From Octopus bimaculoides (taxonomy: Eukaryota): DNA of 64,000 bases. A program made the translations under genes and the position numbers. The number at the start of each line of letters is the position of its first letter. The first letter of the stretch is position 1. Of the stretch, positions 38,527 to 50,483 are shown in pieces. The stretch covers positions 16,917,548 to 16,981,547 of the forward strand of contig NC_068993.1 of NCBI RefSeq assembly GCF_001194135.2, in the 5' to 3' direction. Under the pieces are notes generated by a model that saw nothing but the letters and a program-made list of their open reading frames with translations, did no database searches and was not told where the DNA came from.

Positions 38527-38725
38527 ATCATTATTGTTTCAAAATCCACTTTTCCATGCTTGCATGGGTTGTATGGAGTTTATTGAAGCAGATTTTCTTT
38601 GACCAGATGCCCTTCCAGTCACTAACCCTTACTTGTTTCCAAACAAGGTAATATTTCCTCATGGCTAGGCATGTTTTGCAGAAGACTGAAAATGAATAAC
38701 CTTCATTTACAACAATCACACAATG
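38527..38725 (-). mobile_element. Family C (C2) repeat
   Basis: atccacttttccatgcttgcatgggttg...aaggtaatatttcctcatggctaggcatg. Confidence 0.75.
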
Positions 38726-39469
38726 TCTTAAAAAAAAAAGGAAGGACCCACTGAACTAGTAGATTTAGATGCAGGCATGCTCTGAAGTTAAGAAGTTTGC
38801 TTCATGTTCATAACATTCTGGGTTCAGTCTCACTGCATGCCACCATGAGTAAATGTCTTTTACCATAACTGCAGATCAACCAATGCTTTGTGAATGAAAT
38901 TGGATGTAAACTGCACAGAAGCCCATCCAGAAGTCAGGTCATCTGTACATGTTCTGTGGCAGTAGACTTAAGCGCTCACACAGTTTAACACCACTAACTG
39001 GGCTTTCAGTACTTTGTAACAGGTATTTGGACCAAGTATCTGGTCTGGAGATAGCCTAAGGGTTGTGGGTTAATCTTTCTTTAGTCCAAGCAGCCTTGAG
39101 ACTTTGGCTAAGCTATAACCAGTAAAACAGGAAGAAAAAAGGTGAAATGGTCCTGGCTAGAACGTCAGCATCACAAGTCATCAATATCTACATACCAGCT
39201 GCCAGGAATGTGTTTGATGTGTAAAATTGGTAGACCCAATAATATTAGATCGCAATATTTTGTGGCTATTTAAGAAATGAGTTTGAGGATGGTTAATGGG
39301 TTGGATGTGTTGTTGATGAAGGAGTAAGAACTCCTGAAATATAGCATATACACCCATTACCCATTTCTCATCTTCAATCTCATTGTTGTTTACATTAGGC
39401 ATACTTGGATATGAAACATCATAACATGTCAGTGCTGGCTATAATTTCTACAGAAAACCTGTACAGATA

Positions 39470-39612
39470 ACTAACCACATGCTTATCAATCACATGGTTC
39501 TGAGTTCAGTCCCACTGTATGGCACCTTGGGCAAGTGTCTCTTACTATAGCCTTCAGCCAGCCAAAGCCTTGTGAGTGGATTTGGTAGACGGAAACTGAA
39601 AGAAGCCCTTTG

Positions 39613-39644
<32 letters not shown>

Positions 39645-40058
39645 CGTATATGTTTGTGTGTCTGTGTTTGTCTCCCCACTATCGCTTTACAACAGATGTT
39701 GGTGTGTTTACACTCCCATAATTTAACGGTTCAGCAACAGAGACCAATAGAATAAGTACTAGGCTTACAAAGAATAAGTCCTACTACAAAAGAACTATCT
39801 TGCAGCATCAGATTCCCATTCTCTCCATTCTACATGAATTTCACTGTACATTCTTTGCTGGTACAGGCCACTACCAATTTTTTCAAGTTGTTTTTCTTCT
39901 TCAGTGTTCTTTTGTTCATGTGCCTTCACATTACACTATGGCCTTCACATTACGCTATGGCCTTCAGGCCTTCACATGACAGTATGGTCTTCAACTAAAG
40001 GTGTTGCTCCAGCGTGGCCACAGTCAAATGACTGAAACAAATAAAAGGAAAAGAATAA
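39470..40058 (+). mobile_element. Family A SINE carrying a ~210-bp insertion (39781-39990) copied from 37459 onward
   Basis: The SINE tail gaataagtc is interrupted and resumes at tcaactaaaggtgttgctccagc. The insert matches 37459-~37620 with about 5 differences in ~157 bp. Confidence 0.85.
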
Positions 40059-40419
40059 CCTTAACAAGTCTTTTATCATAAGTCTGCTGGATCGAGGCTG
40101 TCATTGGACTAAACAGCAGCCACAGCAAAAAATCTAGTAACTGTTATATATTACCTGTCATGTTTACATGTTTAGTCTAGCCTAAAACATTTCCTTCATC
40201 ATTAAGTACTTCTGATTCATCTTATTGAACTGTTCTATCAGTGCAAGCTTAGTTGTGTTAAGAACTTTGCTTTCATTCATGTAGTTTGGGGTTCAGTCCC
40301 ACTGTGTAGCTTCTTGGGTAAGCCCATCAAAACCTTGTGAGTGGATTTGGTAGACAGAACCTGAAAAGAAGCTTGTCATGTGTGTGTATGTGTATGCATG
40401 TTTGTGTGTACTCTTGTCC

Positions 40420-40632
40420 ATGTAAATGGTTGTTAATGAACATCGCTGTTGTACAAGTGATGTTGTCCATTTCCAGTTTTCCATGTCCGGCCATAGGAAA
40501 ATATTACCCTGCTAAGAAACAGGTGAGGGTTGGTGATAGAAAGAGCATCTGGCTGTAGAAACAAAATTTGCCTTAAATAATTACATCTGACCCATGCAAG
40601 CATCGAAACGTGGACGTTAAATGATGGTGATG
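40420..40632 (+). mobile_element. Family C (C2) repeat
   Basis: catgtccggccataggaaaatattacc...gtggacgttaaatgatggtgatg. Confidence 0.75.
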
Positions 40633-40749
40633 TTCATTTGGGCAATGAATTATCATTGATCATTGCTGATTGCTCAAATCTAGTCCAGAGTAAATAGTAA
40701 ATAGCAATTACAATATACCAAAATCATCACTACTGTTGCTACTACTGCT

Positions 40750-40965
40750 GTTGTTGTTGTTGAGCCATAAGTCATCTCCAATCTAACAAACTTATGATCA
40801 AAGTCATTCCTACCATGACCATTTCATGGTTTTAAATTTATGATTAACATGACATTATCTAATGTATCCTTTCTTTTCCAAAGACAGTTGGGAGTGATAT
40901 GAAGGAGATTTGACTGCTATTTCTAGCAGGTTCAGTAACCACATAGAGCCTTTTTGTTGGCTCAT
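40750..40965 (-). mobile_element. Family E repeat
   Basis: ttgttgttgttgagcc...ggagatttgactgctatttctagcagg. Confidence 0.7.
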
Positions 40966-41329
40966 CTTTGTTATTATTCTCATTGAATTATCATCATCAT
41001 CATCATATTATATTATCATGGACCAGAGAAATTCCTCTTTATTATTATGGTGAACTTTAATGGAATATTCACAGATCTAAACCATTTCTTTCCAAATCTG
41101 ATAAATGTCCCAGGGTATTGAACCATCAATTTTCAGATATAAAGTTCAGTTCCATTGTGAAGCATTCCTTTGTGTGTCTGGCCAAATTAGGTGTTTCCTC
41201 CCCACTTTGAATTAGTATCTGAAGGAATGGGCTATGGTCGTGTCTTTTACAGGCCCATCTGATACTGATGAGATTGGTATTGGCATTTGTCTCAAACAAT
41301 TGTAAGGTTGCAAGAAAGGCTGTGCTCCA

Positions 41330-41760
41330 GAGGGCTAACATTCTGGAAGGAAGGATTGAGAATAATGGTTAATGCAGGGCTTGGGAGATGGACATTCTAT
41401 GGGTCATAGGAGATGGAAAGATGATTGAATCTGGAGTACCTGAGTGGAGGTGATACAAGACCAACCAGCCCTGAGGTGCTGTAGCAAAGGCAAAGAGAGG
41501 AGACAGCATGTCTGTGACTTAGAAGTTGGAGTTTGTTGGTGAGCAATTTCATGTCAATCAAATAGTCTTTCTTTAGATGTAGTCTCGGATACCTGCATGT
41601 GTAGAAGCATTTGAGAGGGGGAAGAGGTTTTATGCCCAAGTGTCGAGAGGCTAAAGTATGATCGAAGGTTAAAAACAGGTGTCTTTCTATAGGGGAGACA
41701 CATGACTACCTCATAATATATAAGGGTGGGAAGTAGTAGCTGCAAAGAAGATTGAGGTGG
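41330..41760 (-). mobile_element. Decayed LINE ORF2 C-terminal relic (same group as 12630-12870)
   Basis: LTNKLQLLSHRHAVSSLCLCYS..LVGLVSPPLRYSR, cf. L..L.HRR.VASL.LFY....LV.P...R.TR. Confidence 0.65.
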
Positions 41761-41982
41761 TTAAGATGGAATGCCAGAATGAACTCTCAACATGCTATAT
41801 TTATATTTAGAAATCTTCCTTAGTTATTGTAGCTTAACCCTAAACCAGTACTGCTTGCACACATACCTTTGGTCAAAAGTATTCTTTCTACAACCATCCT
41901 TACTGGGATACTTATTGTTATTGATTGTAAATAGCTGAAGAAGAAACTAAAACAGGATCTAAGTTTAGGCTTAATACAAGAA

Positions 41983-42210
41983 TTAACCCTTTAGCATTCA
42001 GACTATTCTGTCAAATGTAATGCTTATTTATTCACTTTGTTTTGAATTTATCCTCCATTGTCCAGTAGTCTTGAGATTTCAATGATGAGAATATTTATTT
42101 TTGGACTGACATTGTAGGGTAGATACGAGAAGCTGGAAGCTGGCCAGTTTGAACATAAACCAGGTAGAATATTTTAACCAGGTATGGCTGGTTTAAATGC
42201 TAAAAGATTA
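41983..42210. mobile_element. TTAA-flanked MITE, family T1
   Basis: TTAA-ccctttagcatt...aatgctaaaagatta. Confidence 0.75.
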
Positions 42211-43404
42211 GACTTAGAATTTTTATTTAGCAAGTTGTAATTGAAATTACTTTGTGCATTCACATCGTGTTGTGTCATTATGACATTCTCTCATTTAACA
42301 CAATCCTTAAAATACATTGAATTTCTTTTTCCTTTCTCCTTATTCCATCTCATAATAGCTTCCTAGTTTGTATCTGTAAACCCGTCTTAGAGATAAGGTC
42401 TCTTGGAATAAACATCTGGTCTTCCCAACACTTACAACACAACAATGCTGGAAGTGGGGCATAGAAGATGGGATGGCATTGTTTGGGGGTGGGGGTTGTG
42501 TGGTATCTGTATTGATAGTCATCTTTAACAAAACCAAACTTCTTACACAACGTAGAAGCTTCTAAACCCATTGATTGTCCAATAGAGGAGGACAACATTG
42601 TTGTACTTGCTTGTAATTCTTGTGCAATGACTAAGCAAAATGGTATTGGTTTTTTTTTTTTGCCACTGTTCTTGTCATATCAAACCAACAACCACTATAA
42701 ACTAAACAAAAACCATCAGCAACAAAAACAAAAATGAAAACAATAAGGAATAGAAAGACAAAATCTCTGGAATAATTCCTCATGACTGAACATTTTTATA
42801 TTATTTTTGTAGAACAAGATCATGCCAGTTGTTAGTAATACTTTGTTTTGTTTTATTTGTCTTTATTTTGCCTGTGTTGTTGTTGCTGTTGCTATTACAA
42901 AGAAATAATGGTATGCTTCACTTATTCTGTACAGAGTCGTGATTGTGAAGTTGCATCGCACCAGGGTAATTTATTAATTATTCTTTACAATAGCATTTGT
43001 GGATCCCTGCCACATTTTTCTTTTTTTTTTTTTTTTTACAAGGAAATACCTGTATTTCTTTTCTAGTACTACCACCAATGCCAACCACCACCACTACCAC
43101 CACATCATACCAATACCAGCACCATTGTAAAGCTACACCAGACAATGGGTATTTATTAATTATTAAGTATTCTTGTAATAAACTTTCTGGACTTCAAACT
43201 GCCCGACACCGACACTCCCTTTTTGTTGATTGAAGAAATAGTAACTTATATTACTTTTATCCTGTACTACTACCAACTTGCAACAACCACAGTATGTGCC
43301 ATACCTGTACTACTGCCATCAGTACTAAGAATGCATTGCCACACATATCAGTAACATTAGGCTTAACAGACCAAAGCTACTACATAAACAAAAACAACAA
43401 CAAT

Positions 43405-44395
43405 GACAAAGTACCATCTATGGTTGCTGAACCTATATTGCTAGAAATAGCAACTAAATCTCCCTCGTGTCATACCTACCATATTAAAAAAAAAGAAAGT
43501 AGCAAGAAAGACACATAGAACAGTGTGGTTCTATATTCTCCTGCAAAGTTTGTGTTGGTCATGGCTGGAATGCCTTTGATCAGCCTGATCGGAACAGACT
43601 CAAGGCTAAGCAACCTCAGTAACTATAATAAGCCAACAAGGGAGTCTGTACATAGTCACATGGCTTGCTAAAAATAGCAGCCAAATTTCCTACAAATTAT
43701 CTTTTTATTTGTTTAAGTCATTAAGACTGTGGCCATGCTGGGGCACTGCCTTGAAGAATTTTTTAGTCAAACTTTTCAACCTCAGTCCCTCTTTTTTTTA
43801 AAAAAAAGCCTAATACTTATTCTATTGGTCTGTTTTGCCAAACTGCTAAGTTACAGGTATGTAAACACACATTTTTGATTAGAGATTAGCAGGATCTGGC
43901 TAACTTGGGATTAAATGTGAACAAATATCATGAGTTAAAGATAATGGCTTGTAGGTGGTTGCTCGCCCAGCTAGAAATAGTAACCAAATTTCCCTTAAAT
44001 CATATTTTGATGTCTTAAATAAGGTAGTGCATATTGAGTAATGTAATCCTAAGTATATTGTCTCTGAAAATGAGACTAAATGGCCATAGTTGGAATGCTT
44101 TTAACCATTGATCAGCTTGGACTGGCAGACCTGAGTTAGACGAGAAAAAGCATCATCATCATCATCATCATCAATAATTGGTACTATCAAACCAACAATA
44201 GGGCTTTGACGTGCTAGATGCAGCAGCTGTGTCCCCTTCAAATGAAACCTTCAATAAGGGCACAGTGGAGATGGATACATTTTATGATGTAGTCCTAGAA
44301 AGAATCTCCTGAAATGACAGAATGGCCCTGGCTGGAGTGCCTTTGGACTTACTCATACAAAAATCAACCTGGGACTAAATAACATTAACAACAGC
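43405..44395 (+). mobile_element. Cluster of 3-4 family E copies plus a family A tail fragment
   Basis: ctagaaatagc starts near 43441, 43668, 43971 and 44213. Each full copy ends in (gg)ctaa...(aac)n. Confidence 0.65.
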
Positions 44396-44781
44396 TGTGT
44401 AACACACACACACACACATACACACACCACCACCACCACCACCACCACCACTACTACTACTACCACTCACGAAACTGCCCCAACTAATACTACCACCACC
44501 ACCACTACCACACCATCAGAGTTCCTATTACAACCCCTACAATTATTATTGTCAACACATCATCATTAGTATTACTACTACCACTACTACTATGATTACT
44601 TTTTTTTTTTTATTCATTCAATAATTAATTGATCGTTTTTCAAGGTTGACTATTTGATACAGTTATCAATTATGACTACCTGTTAGTTGTAGCATGACAA
44701 AGGTGGTAGCTATGTCTATATATGTGTGTGTGTGTGTGTTTTGCTTTTTGTGTCTGAGGATATTTATAAATGAAAGAGGCA

Positions 44782-44932
<151 letters not shown>

Positions 44933-45989
44933 GAAAGCACGTGTGTGTGTTTGTGTGTTTGTCAGTAAGAGACATAAGCAGGGTGTGGTCAGGGAGAACC
45001 TGTGTTTGTATGCTTGTGTGTGTGTGTGTCTTAGAGAGAGTGAAATGTGAATGTGTGAGAAAAAGAAAGCGAGAATGTGTGTGTGTGTACACACATGCTT
45101 GTGTGTGCGCGTGTGCACTTGTATTTACATGATTGTTTTTCTATGTGACTACACAAAGTTTACAGCTGCCACATTTGTATGTGGACACAGGACTACGAAA
45201 TAATCTTTTATAGACACTTGCTAACATACATACAGCAACATCAAAACTAACAACACATTTTCACTCCACCTCACTCGCTCCTAAATACTTTGGTCTTAGT
45301 GAAGTGTTAGTTTGCTATTTTCTCATTCAAACAGCTTGTATGTCTGCAAACTAGCGTTCCAGACGAATTGCCAGGTTCAGCCAACCATTTATTGAGCTAG
45401 GCCTTTGTAAAAATGCCTGTTTGCTTTTGTTCTTTCTTCTGTAACACTGTCTCTTGCCTCTCTCTACTTTATTGGCTGCTTTAATTTGTAATGTTTTATC
45501 AGGAATATTGACCCACTACACTAACCAAGCATGCCTTCTAGTCTGAAAGGCCTGATAATGATATTAATACTAATAACAATATCAATAAGTATATCATTTT
45601 GTTGTCATCCACCCATAGACAAATGCTGTTGTAAAATCATTGTTGAACTCCCAGACTTCGAATTCCCCCTCGCCCCCACACCCACACACCCAACCTAATA
45701 GCAGCCATCCACTTCCGACCCTCACCTCTTCAAAGAGATTTGGCATGAATAAAAATCATTTTCCGTTATTTATTCTAACATGGCTTAATCTCAGAGAAAT
45801 TCTTGTCTGATTTATCATCTCTGGGAAAGCCCTCGCAGGATTTTTTCTTTCTGTTTTCTTTCTCCTCTTTCATACGTTTACTTTATATATTTACAAAAAA
45901 TTAACTCCGTGACTTTTTCTTTCATTAACCTAGTTAATTAACTGTTTGCTACCACTGCTGTGTTTTGAATTACCCATAGGATCTCTCTC

Positions 45990-46574
45990 NNNNNNNNNNN
46001 NNNNNNNNNNNNNNNNNNNNNNNNNNNNNNNNNNNNNNNNNNNNNNNNNNNNNNNNNNNNNNNNNNNNNNNNNNNNNNNNNNNNNNNNNNNNNNNNNNNN
46101 NNNNNNNNNNNNNNNNNNNNNNNNNNNNNNNNNNNNNNNNNNNNNNNNNNNNNNNNNNNNNNNNNNNNNNNNNNNNNNNNNNNNNNNNNNNNNNNNNNNN
46201 NNNNNNNNNNNNNNNNNNNNNNNNNNNNNNNNNNNNNNNNNNNNNNNNNNNNNNNNNNNNNNNNNNNNNNNNNNNNNNNNNNNNNNNNNNNNNNNNNNNN
46301 NNNNNNNNNNNNNNNNNNNNNNNNNNNNNNNNNNNNNNNNNNNNNNNNNNNNNNNNNNNNNNNNNNNNNNNNNNNNNNNNNNNNNNNNNNNNNNNNNNNN
46401 NNNNNNNNNNNNNNNNNNNNNNNNNNNNNNNNNNNNNNNNNNNNNNNNNNNNNNNNNNNNNNNNNNNNNNNNNNNNNNNNNNNNNNNNNNNNNNNNNNNN
46501 NNNNNNNNNNNNNNNNNNNNNNNNNNNNNNNNNNNNNNNNNNNNNNNNNNNNNNNNNNNNNNNNNNNNNNNNNN
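45990..46574. other. Assembly gap (585 N)
   Basis: N run. Confidence 1.
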
Positions 46575-46875
46575 AGTACTTATTCTATCGGTGTCTTTTG
46601 CCGAACCGCTAAGTTACGGGGACGTAAACACACCAGCATCGATTGTCAAGTGATGCTGGGGGGACAAACACAGACACACAAACACACATATATATATACA
46701 TATACATATATACGACGGGCTTCTTTCAGTTTCCTTCTACCAAATCCACTCACAAGGCTTTGGTCGGCCCGAGGCTATCGCGGAAGACACTTGCCCAAGG
46801 TGCCACGCAGTGGGACTGAACCCGGAACCATGTAGTTGGTAAGCAAGCTACTTACCACACAGCCACTCCTGTGCC
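46575..46875 (-). mobile_element. Young, CpG-retaining family A SINE
   Basis: B-box-like ggttccgggttcagtccc on the minus strand. Intact CpGs (gccgaaccgctaagttacggggacg). Confidence 0.85.
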
Positions 46876-46888
46876 TATATATATAATT

Positions 46889-47216
46889 TTACTTCTTTCA
46901 GTCATTAGACTGTGACCATGCTGGGGTACTGCCTTGAAGACTTTTTCATTCAAATGAATTGACCTGACTACTTAGCCTAGCAGTCTCTTTTGCCAAACTG
47001 CTAAGTTACCAGTACTGAGGGACAAACACCGATACACACATACATATATATATATATATATGTGACAGGCTTCTTTCAGTTTCCATCTACCAAATCCACT
47101 GACAAGGCTTTGATCGGCCCAAGGCTATAGTAGAAGACATTTGTCCAAGGTGCCATGCAATGGGACTGAACCTGGAACCATGTGGTTGGGAAGCAAGCTT
47201 CTTACCACACAGCCAT
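46889..47216 (-). mobile_element. Family A SINE, tandem with the previous copy
   Basis: Tail ttttacttctttcagtcattagac through head cttcttaccacacagccat. Confidence 0.8.
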
Positions 47217-47404
47217 GTCTAAACTTGAGTGTGTGTGTGAATTTATAAGTATGCATATACTGCACTATTGTGAATAGTGCACTTTTATGTTTCTCACAGT
47301 TGACTGATTTCAAACTAAACCACATTAAGACTGAGGGAACAATACTTCAGGTTCTGTCTAGTAAATACAAACACAGTAGTTTTCACATATGTAATTTTGG
47401 GGTA

Positions 47405-47795
47405 AGTGGCCAGTCAATTAGATCGACCCCAGTACACATCTGGTATTTAATTTATCAACTCCAAAAGGGTGAAAGGCAAAGTTGACCTCGGCAGAATTTG
47501 AACTCAGAATGTAAAGACAGAAGAAATACTTCTATGCATTTCGCCCGGCGTGCTAACGTTTCTTATTTCTTTATTGCCCAAAAGGGGCTACACACAGAGG
47601 GGACAAACAAGGACAGACAAAGGGATTAAGTCAATTAGATCAACCCCAGTGTGTAACTGGTACTTAATTTATCGACCCCGAAAGGATGAAGGGCAAAGTC
47701 GACCTCGGCGGAATTTGAACTCAGAACGTAACGGCAGACGAAATACCGCTAGGCATTTCACCCAGCGTGATAAAGTTTCTACCAGCTTGCCACCT
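47405..47795 (-). mobile_element. Two tandem family B SINEs (second with the alternative tail)
   Basis: Both share the variant gtcaattagatc. The second has ttatttctttattgcccaaaagggg...gggattaag. Confidence 0.8.
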
Positions 47796-48289
47796 TCCTT
47801 ACACATATGTAATATTGGGAGTTCAAAAGCTTCCCTCAACAAAGATTATCTACACAACTATTTAACACCATTCAAGTGTGTTTAAAATCTTACGAAAGCA
47901 ATAAAATAAGTTGATTTTGAAATGTTAGACAATATAGGCAGTATATACTTATGTAGACATGGCTTTTAAGGTCAACCAATGAGAGCAACAGGAAGGTTTC
48001 AGTCTTATTAAACTTCCTCAGCAAAGTATATCCTAATCAGTTAGTGGCACGGGTGATCGATATCTATTCCTATGCATGTGTGTGCATGTGTATATATATT
48101 CTTTTATTTATTTCAGTAATTTGACTGCAGCCATGCCCGAACATCGTTTTGAAGGGACTTTTTTAGTCAAACAAATCGACCATAGGATTTATTTTTTAAA
48201 GACTAGTGCTTATTTTGTTGTTCTCTTTTGCCAAACTGCTAGTTTACAGGGATAAACACAGACACACACACACACACACACACACACAT

Positions 48290-48290
<1 letters not shown>

Positions 48291-48367
<77 letters not shown>

Positions 48368-48527
48368 GTTTAACGTCCGCTTTCCATGCTAGCATGGGTT
48401 GGACGATTTGACTGAGGACTGGTGAAACCGGATGGCAACACCAGGCTCCAATCTAATTTGGCAGAGTTTCTACAGCTGGATGCCCTTCCTAACGCCAACC
48501 ACTTAGAGAGTGTAGTGGGTGCTTACC
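48291..48527 (-). mobile_element. Family C (C1) 3' end with a long (CAT)n tail
   Basis: (CAT)n 48291-48367, then gtttaacgtccgctttccatgctagc. Confidence 0.85.
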
Positions 48528-48653
48528 CGCACGTATATATATATATTACATAGATATATAAGGATAAACAATTTTCTATGTACTATGTTGAATACATGGA
48601 GTGTTCGTCTGGTATGTTGATTTTTTTGTTTATTTTTATGTGTCTTGACCATA

Positions 48654-48712
48654 CATGTACTGACGAGTAAAGGGTGCATATTACTGCAATAATTACGAAA
48701 TCATGATTTACC
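48654..48712 (+). ncRNA. Candidate minimal type-I hammerhead ribozyme in a pLTR-like segment upstream of the PLE
   Basis: GTA-CTGACGA-GTAA...TTAC-GAAA-TCATGAT-T-TAC: canonical core, stem II GTAA/TTAC with inner TGCA/TGCA, palindromic stem III ATCATGAT, but only a 3-bp stem I. Confidence 0.45.
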
Positions 48713-49055
48713 GTTAAATCTGTTTTTAGGAGGCTAACTTCGAGAGTTGCATTCCCTTGCGTTCGGTAAAAATGTGTTTATTATGGTAGTTTGACTTTTA
48801 GAGTCCCTCCTAGCATGAGGCATTTATGTATAGTAATGCCCTTAATATATATATATATATATATATATGTATAGGAAAATGTGTTGTTGAAAATGCACTT
48901 AAATTTCAAAAGCTCGTAAATGTTTAAAATACATTTATTTACATATATAGCAAACTAGTTTCAACAATATTTTTTGTTTATCAAACACTACCCTAACCCT
49001 CCTTCAAGACAATACCTACAATGAAAAAATCAACAACTACAGTTGATCCAAGATA

Positions 49056-49886
49056 ATGACCAAACTGTCTACCTTTATCCAACAATTCCAACAAGGTTTA
49101 ACACAAAAGGAGACAGACTACTTGACTAGATTTGACTGCAAAACCAGTAACTTCTATGGACTTCCCAAAATCAACGAAAGTGAGGCCATAAACGAAGCCT
49201 GTAACAAGTCAACCTCTATAGTCATAAATATTCCACACCCGAGAGACATCAGAATGAGACCAATTGTGGCCTGTCCCTCTTGTGAGACACACAGACTCAG
49301 TAATTTTATTGACATCCTCCTCAAACCTATTCTCCAACACATGCCGAGCTTCATATGGAATGATCTGGACTCTTTAAGCCATCTCCCGAACAAAACCAGC
49401 AAAGACTCCCTCCCGGTTTCATTCGATGTAATAAACCTCTACACTTTGATTCCTCACAAATACGGAATAATAGCCATACAATACTGGCTGGAAAAATTCC
49501 CAAATGACATTCCTGACAGAATTGGAAAAGAATTCATCGTTGAAGGAATAAGGTTCATTCTACAGAACAACTTCTTCAATTTCAAAGAAAACACTTATAG
49601 AAAAAAATTGGGCACGGCGATGGGAATGAGGGTAGTGCCTACTTTTGCCAACCTTGTCATGGCATACTTGGAAGTCCAAATATACGAACACACTAGATTG
49701 AAATTTGGGGAAAGCTTCCAAAAATACTTACTTACCAACTGGAAATGCTACCTGGATGACTGTTTCATCCTTTGGCCACATAACATTGAACGACTCACAA
49801 AATTTAAAAACTTAATCAACAGCATTAACCACAGTATCTTGGGTTTTGAAACCGCAACTCCTAATCAGCACACAAACACAAGATGA
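49056..49886 (+). CDS. Penelope-like reverse transcriptase (truncated, TE-derived ORF, 276 aa)
   Basis: PLE RT motifs FYGLPKI, MRPIVA, SFDVINLYT, GTAMG..FANL, YLDD. Similarity is lost after INSINHSI, and the thumb/GIY-YIG region is absent. Confidence 0.9.
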   Translation: MTKLSTFIQQFQQGLTQKETDYLTRFDCKTSNFYGLPKINESEAINEACNKSTSIVINIPHPRDIRMRPIVACPSCETHRLSNFIDILLKPILQHMPSFIWNDLDSLSHLPNKTSKDSLPVSFDVINLYTLIPHKYGIIAIQYWLEKFPNDIPDRIGKEFIVEGIRFILQNNFFNFKENTYRKKLGTAMGMRVVPTFANLVMAYLEVQIYEHTRLKFGESFQKYLLTNWKCYLDDCFILWPHNIERLTKFKNLINSINHSILGFETATPNQHTNTR

Positions 49887-50158
49887 CAATGTCACCCACC
49901 TCCAATCCAATGAAATCCCACAAACACCAGTTGCTGATGTCACCTAATTCTAGATCAATCAAAACCGACCTCCAGCGAATACAACGAAATGACCCTTTAT
50001 GAGAACCAACCAACTGGATCGACCTATAACCGTATCCACAAGGAAACCAACCAAGCAGAATGACAAGCTTGACCACGGAAGAAAAACGTCATCAGTTTTT
50101 AATTGATATACAGTTTTAATTTCAAACTTACACCTTCTGTTTTGAACATGGTAATTTA

Positions 50159-50248
50159 TCAACATTGAAACATTTTAATTCGTCAACATTGAAACATTTT
50201 AGTTTGTCAACATTGAAACATTTTGATTTGTCAACATTGAAACTTTTA
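50159..50248. repeat. 24-bp tandem repeat x4 in the PLE 3' region
   Basis: tcaacattgaaacatttt(aattcg/agtttg/gatttg). Confidence 0.9.
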
Positions 50249-50447
50249 ACGATGTTTTTCTAATTTGAAACTTTTACCATTGATAATCAAAAAATATTGT
50301 TGAAACTAGTTTGGTATATATGTAAATAAATGTATTTTAAACATTTATGAGCTTCTGAAATTTAAGTGCATTTTCAACAACACATTTTCCTATATTTTTT
50401 CCTCCCGTGGAAACACCACTCCCTCTTTTTGCTATATATATATATAT

Positions 50448-50449
<2 letters not shown>

Positions 50450-50483
<34 letters not shown>

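Larger units (their letters stand above)
48871..50432 (+). mobile_element. Penelope-like element (Neptune-like): 5'-truncated, endonuclease deleted, inverted pLTR segments
   Basis: Inverted repeats 48871-48984 and 50280-50393 (110/114 complementary), RT ORF between them, ~39-nt extension beyond the right arm, (AT)n on both flanks. Confidence 0.9.

Noticed and set aside
45640-45990. Promoter (C-rich tract with ETS-like acttccg)
   Set aside because: A single short motif expected by chance, with no CpG island or transcript evidence.
46800-46875. tRNA genes
   Set aside because: A/B-box-like heads run straight into CORE or Nin-like domains and lack acceptor stems, so they are SINE heads.
50040-50100. 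Hammerhead in the PLE 3' region (ctgatga on the minus strand)
   Set aside because: No downstream GAAA or stem II.
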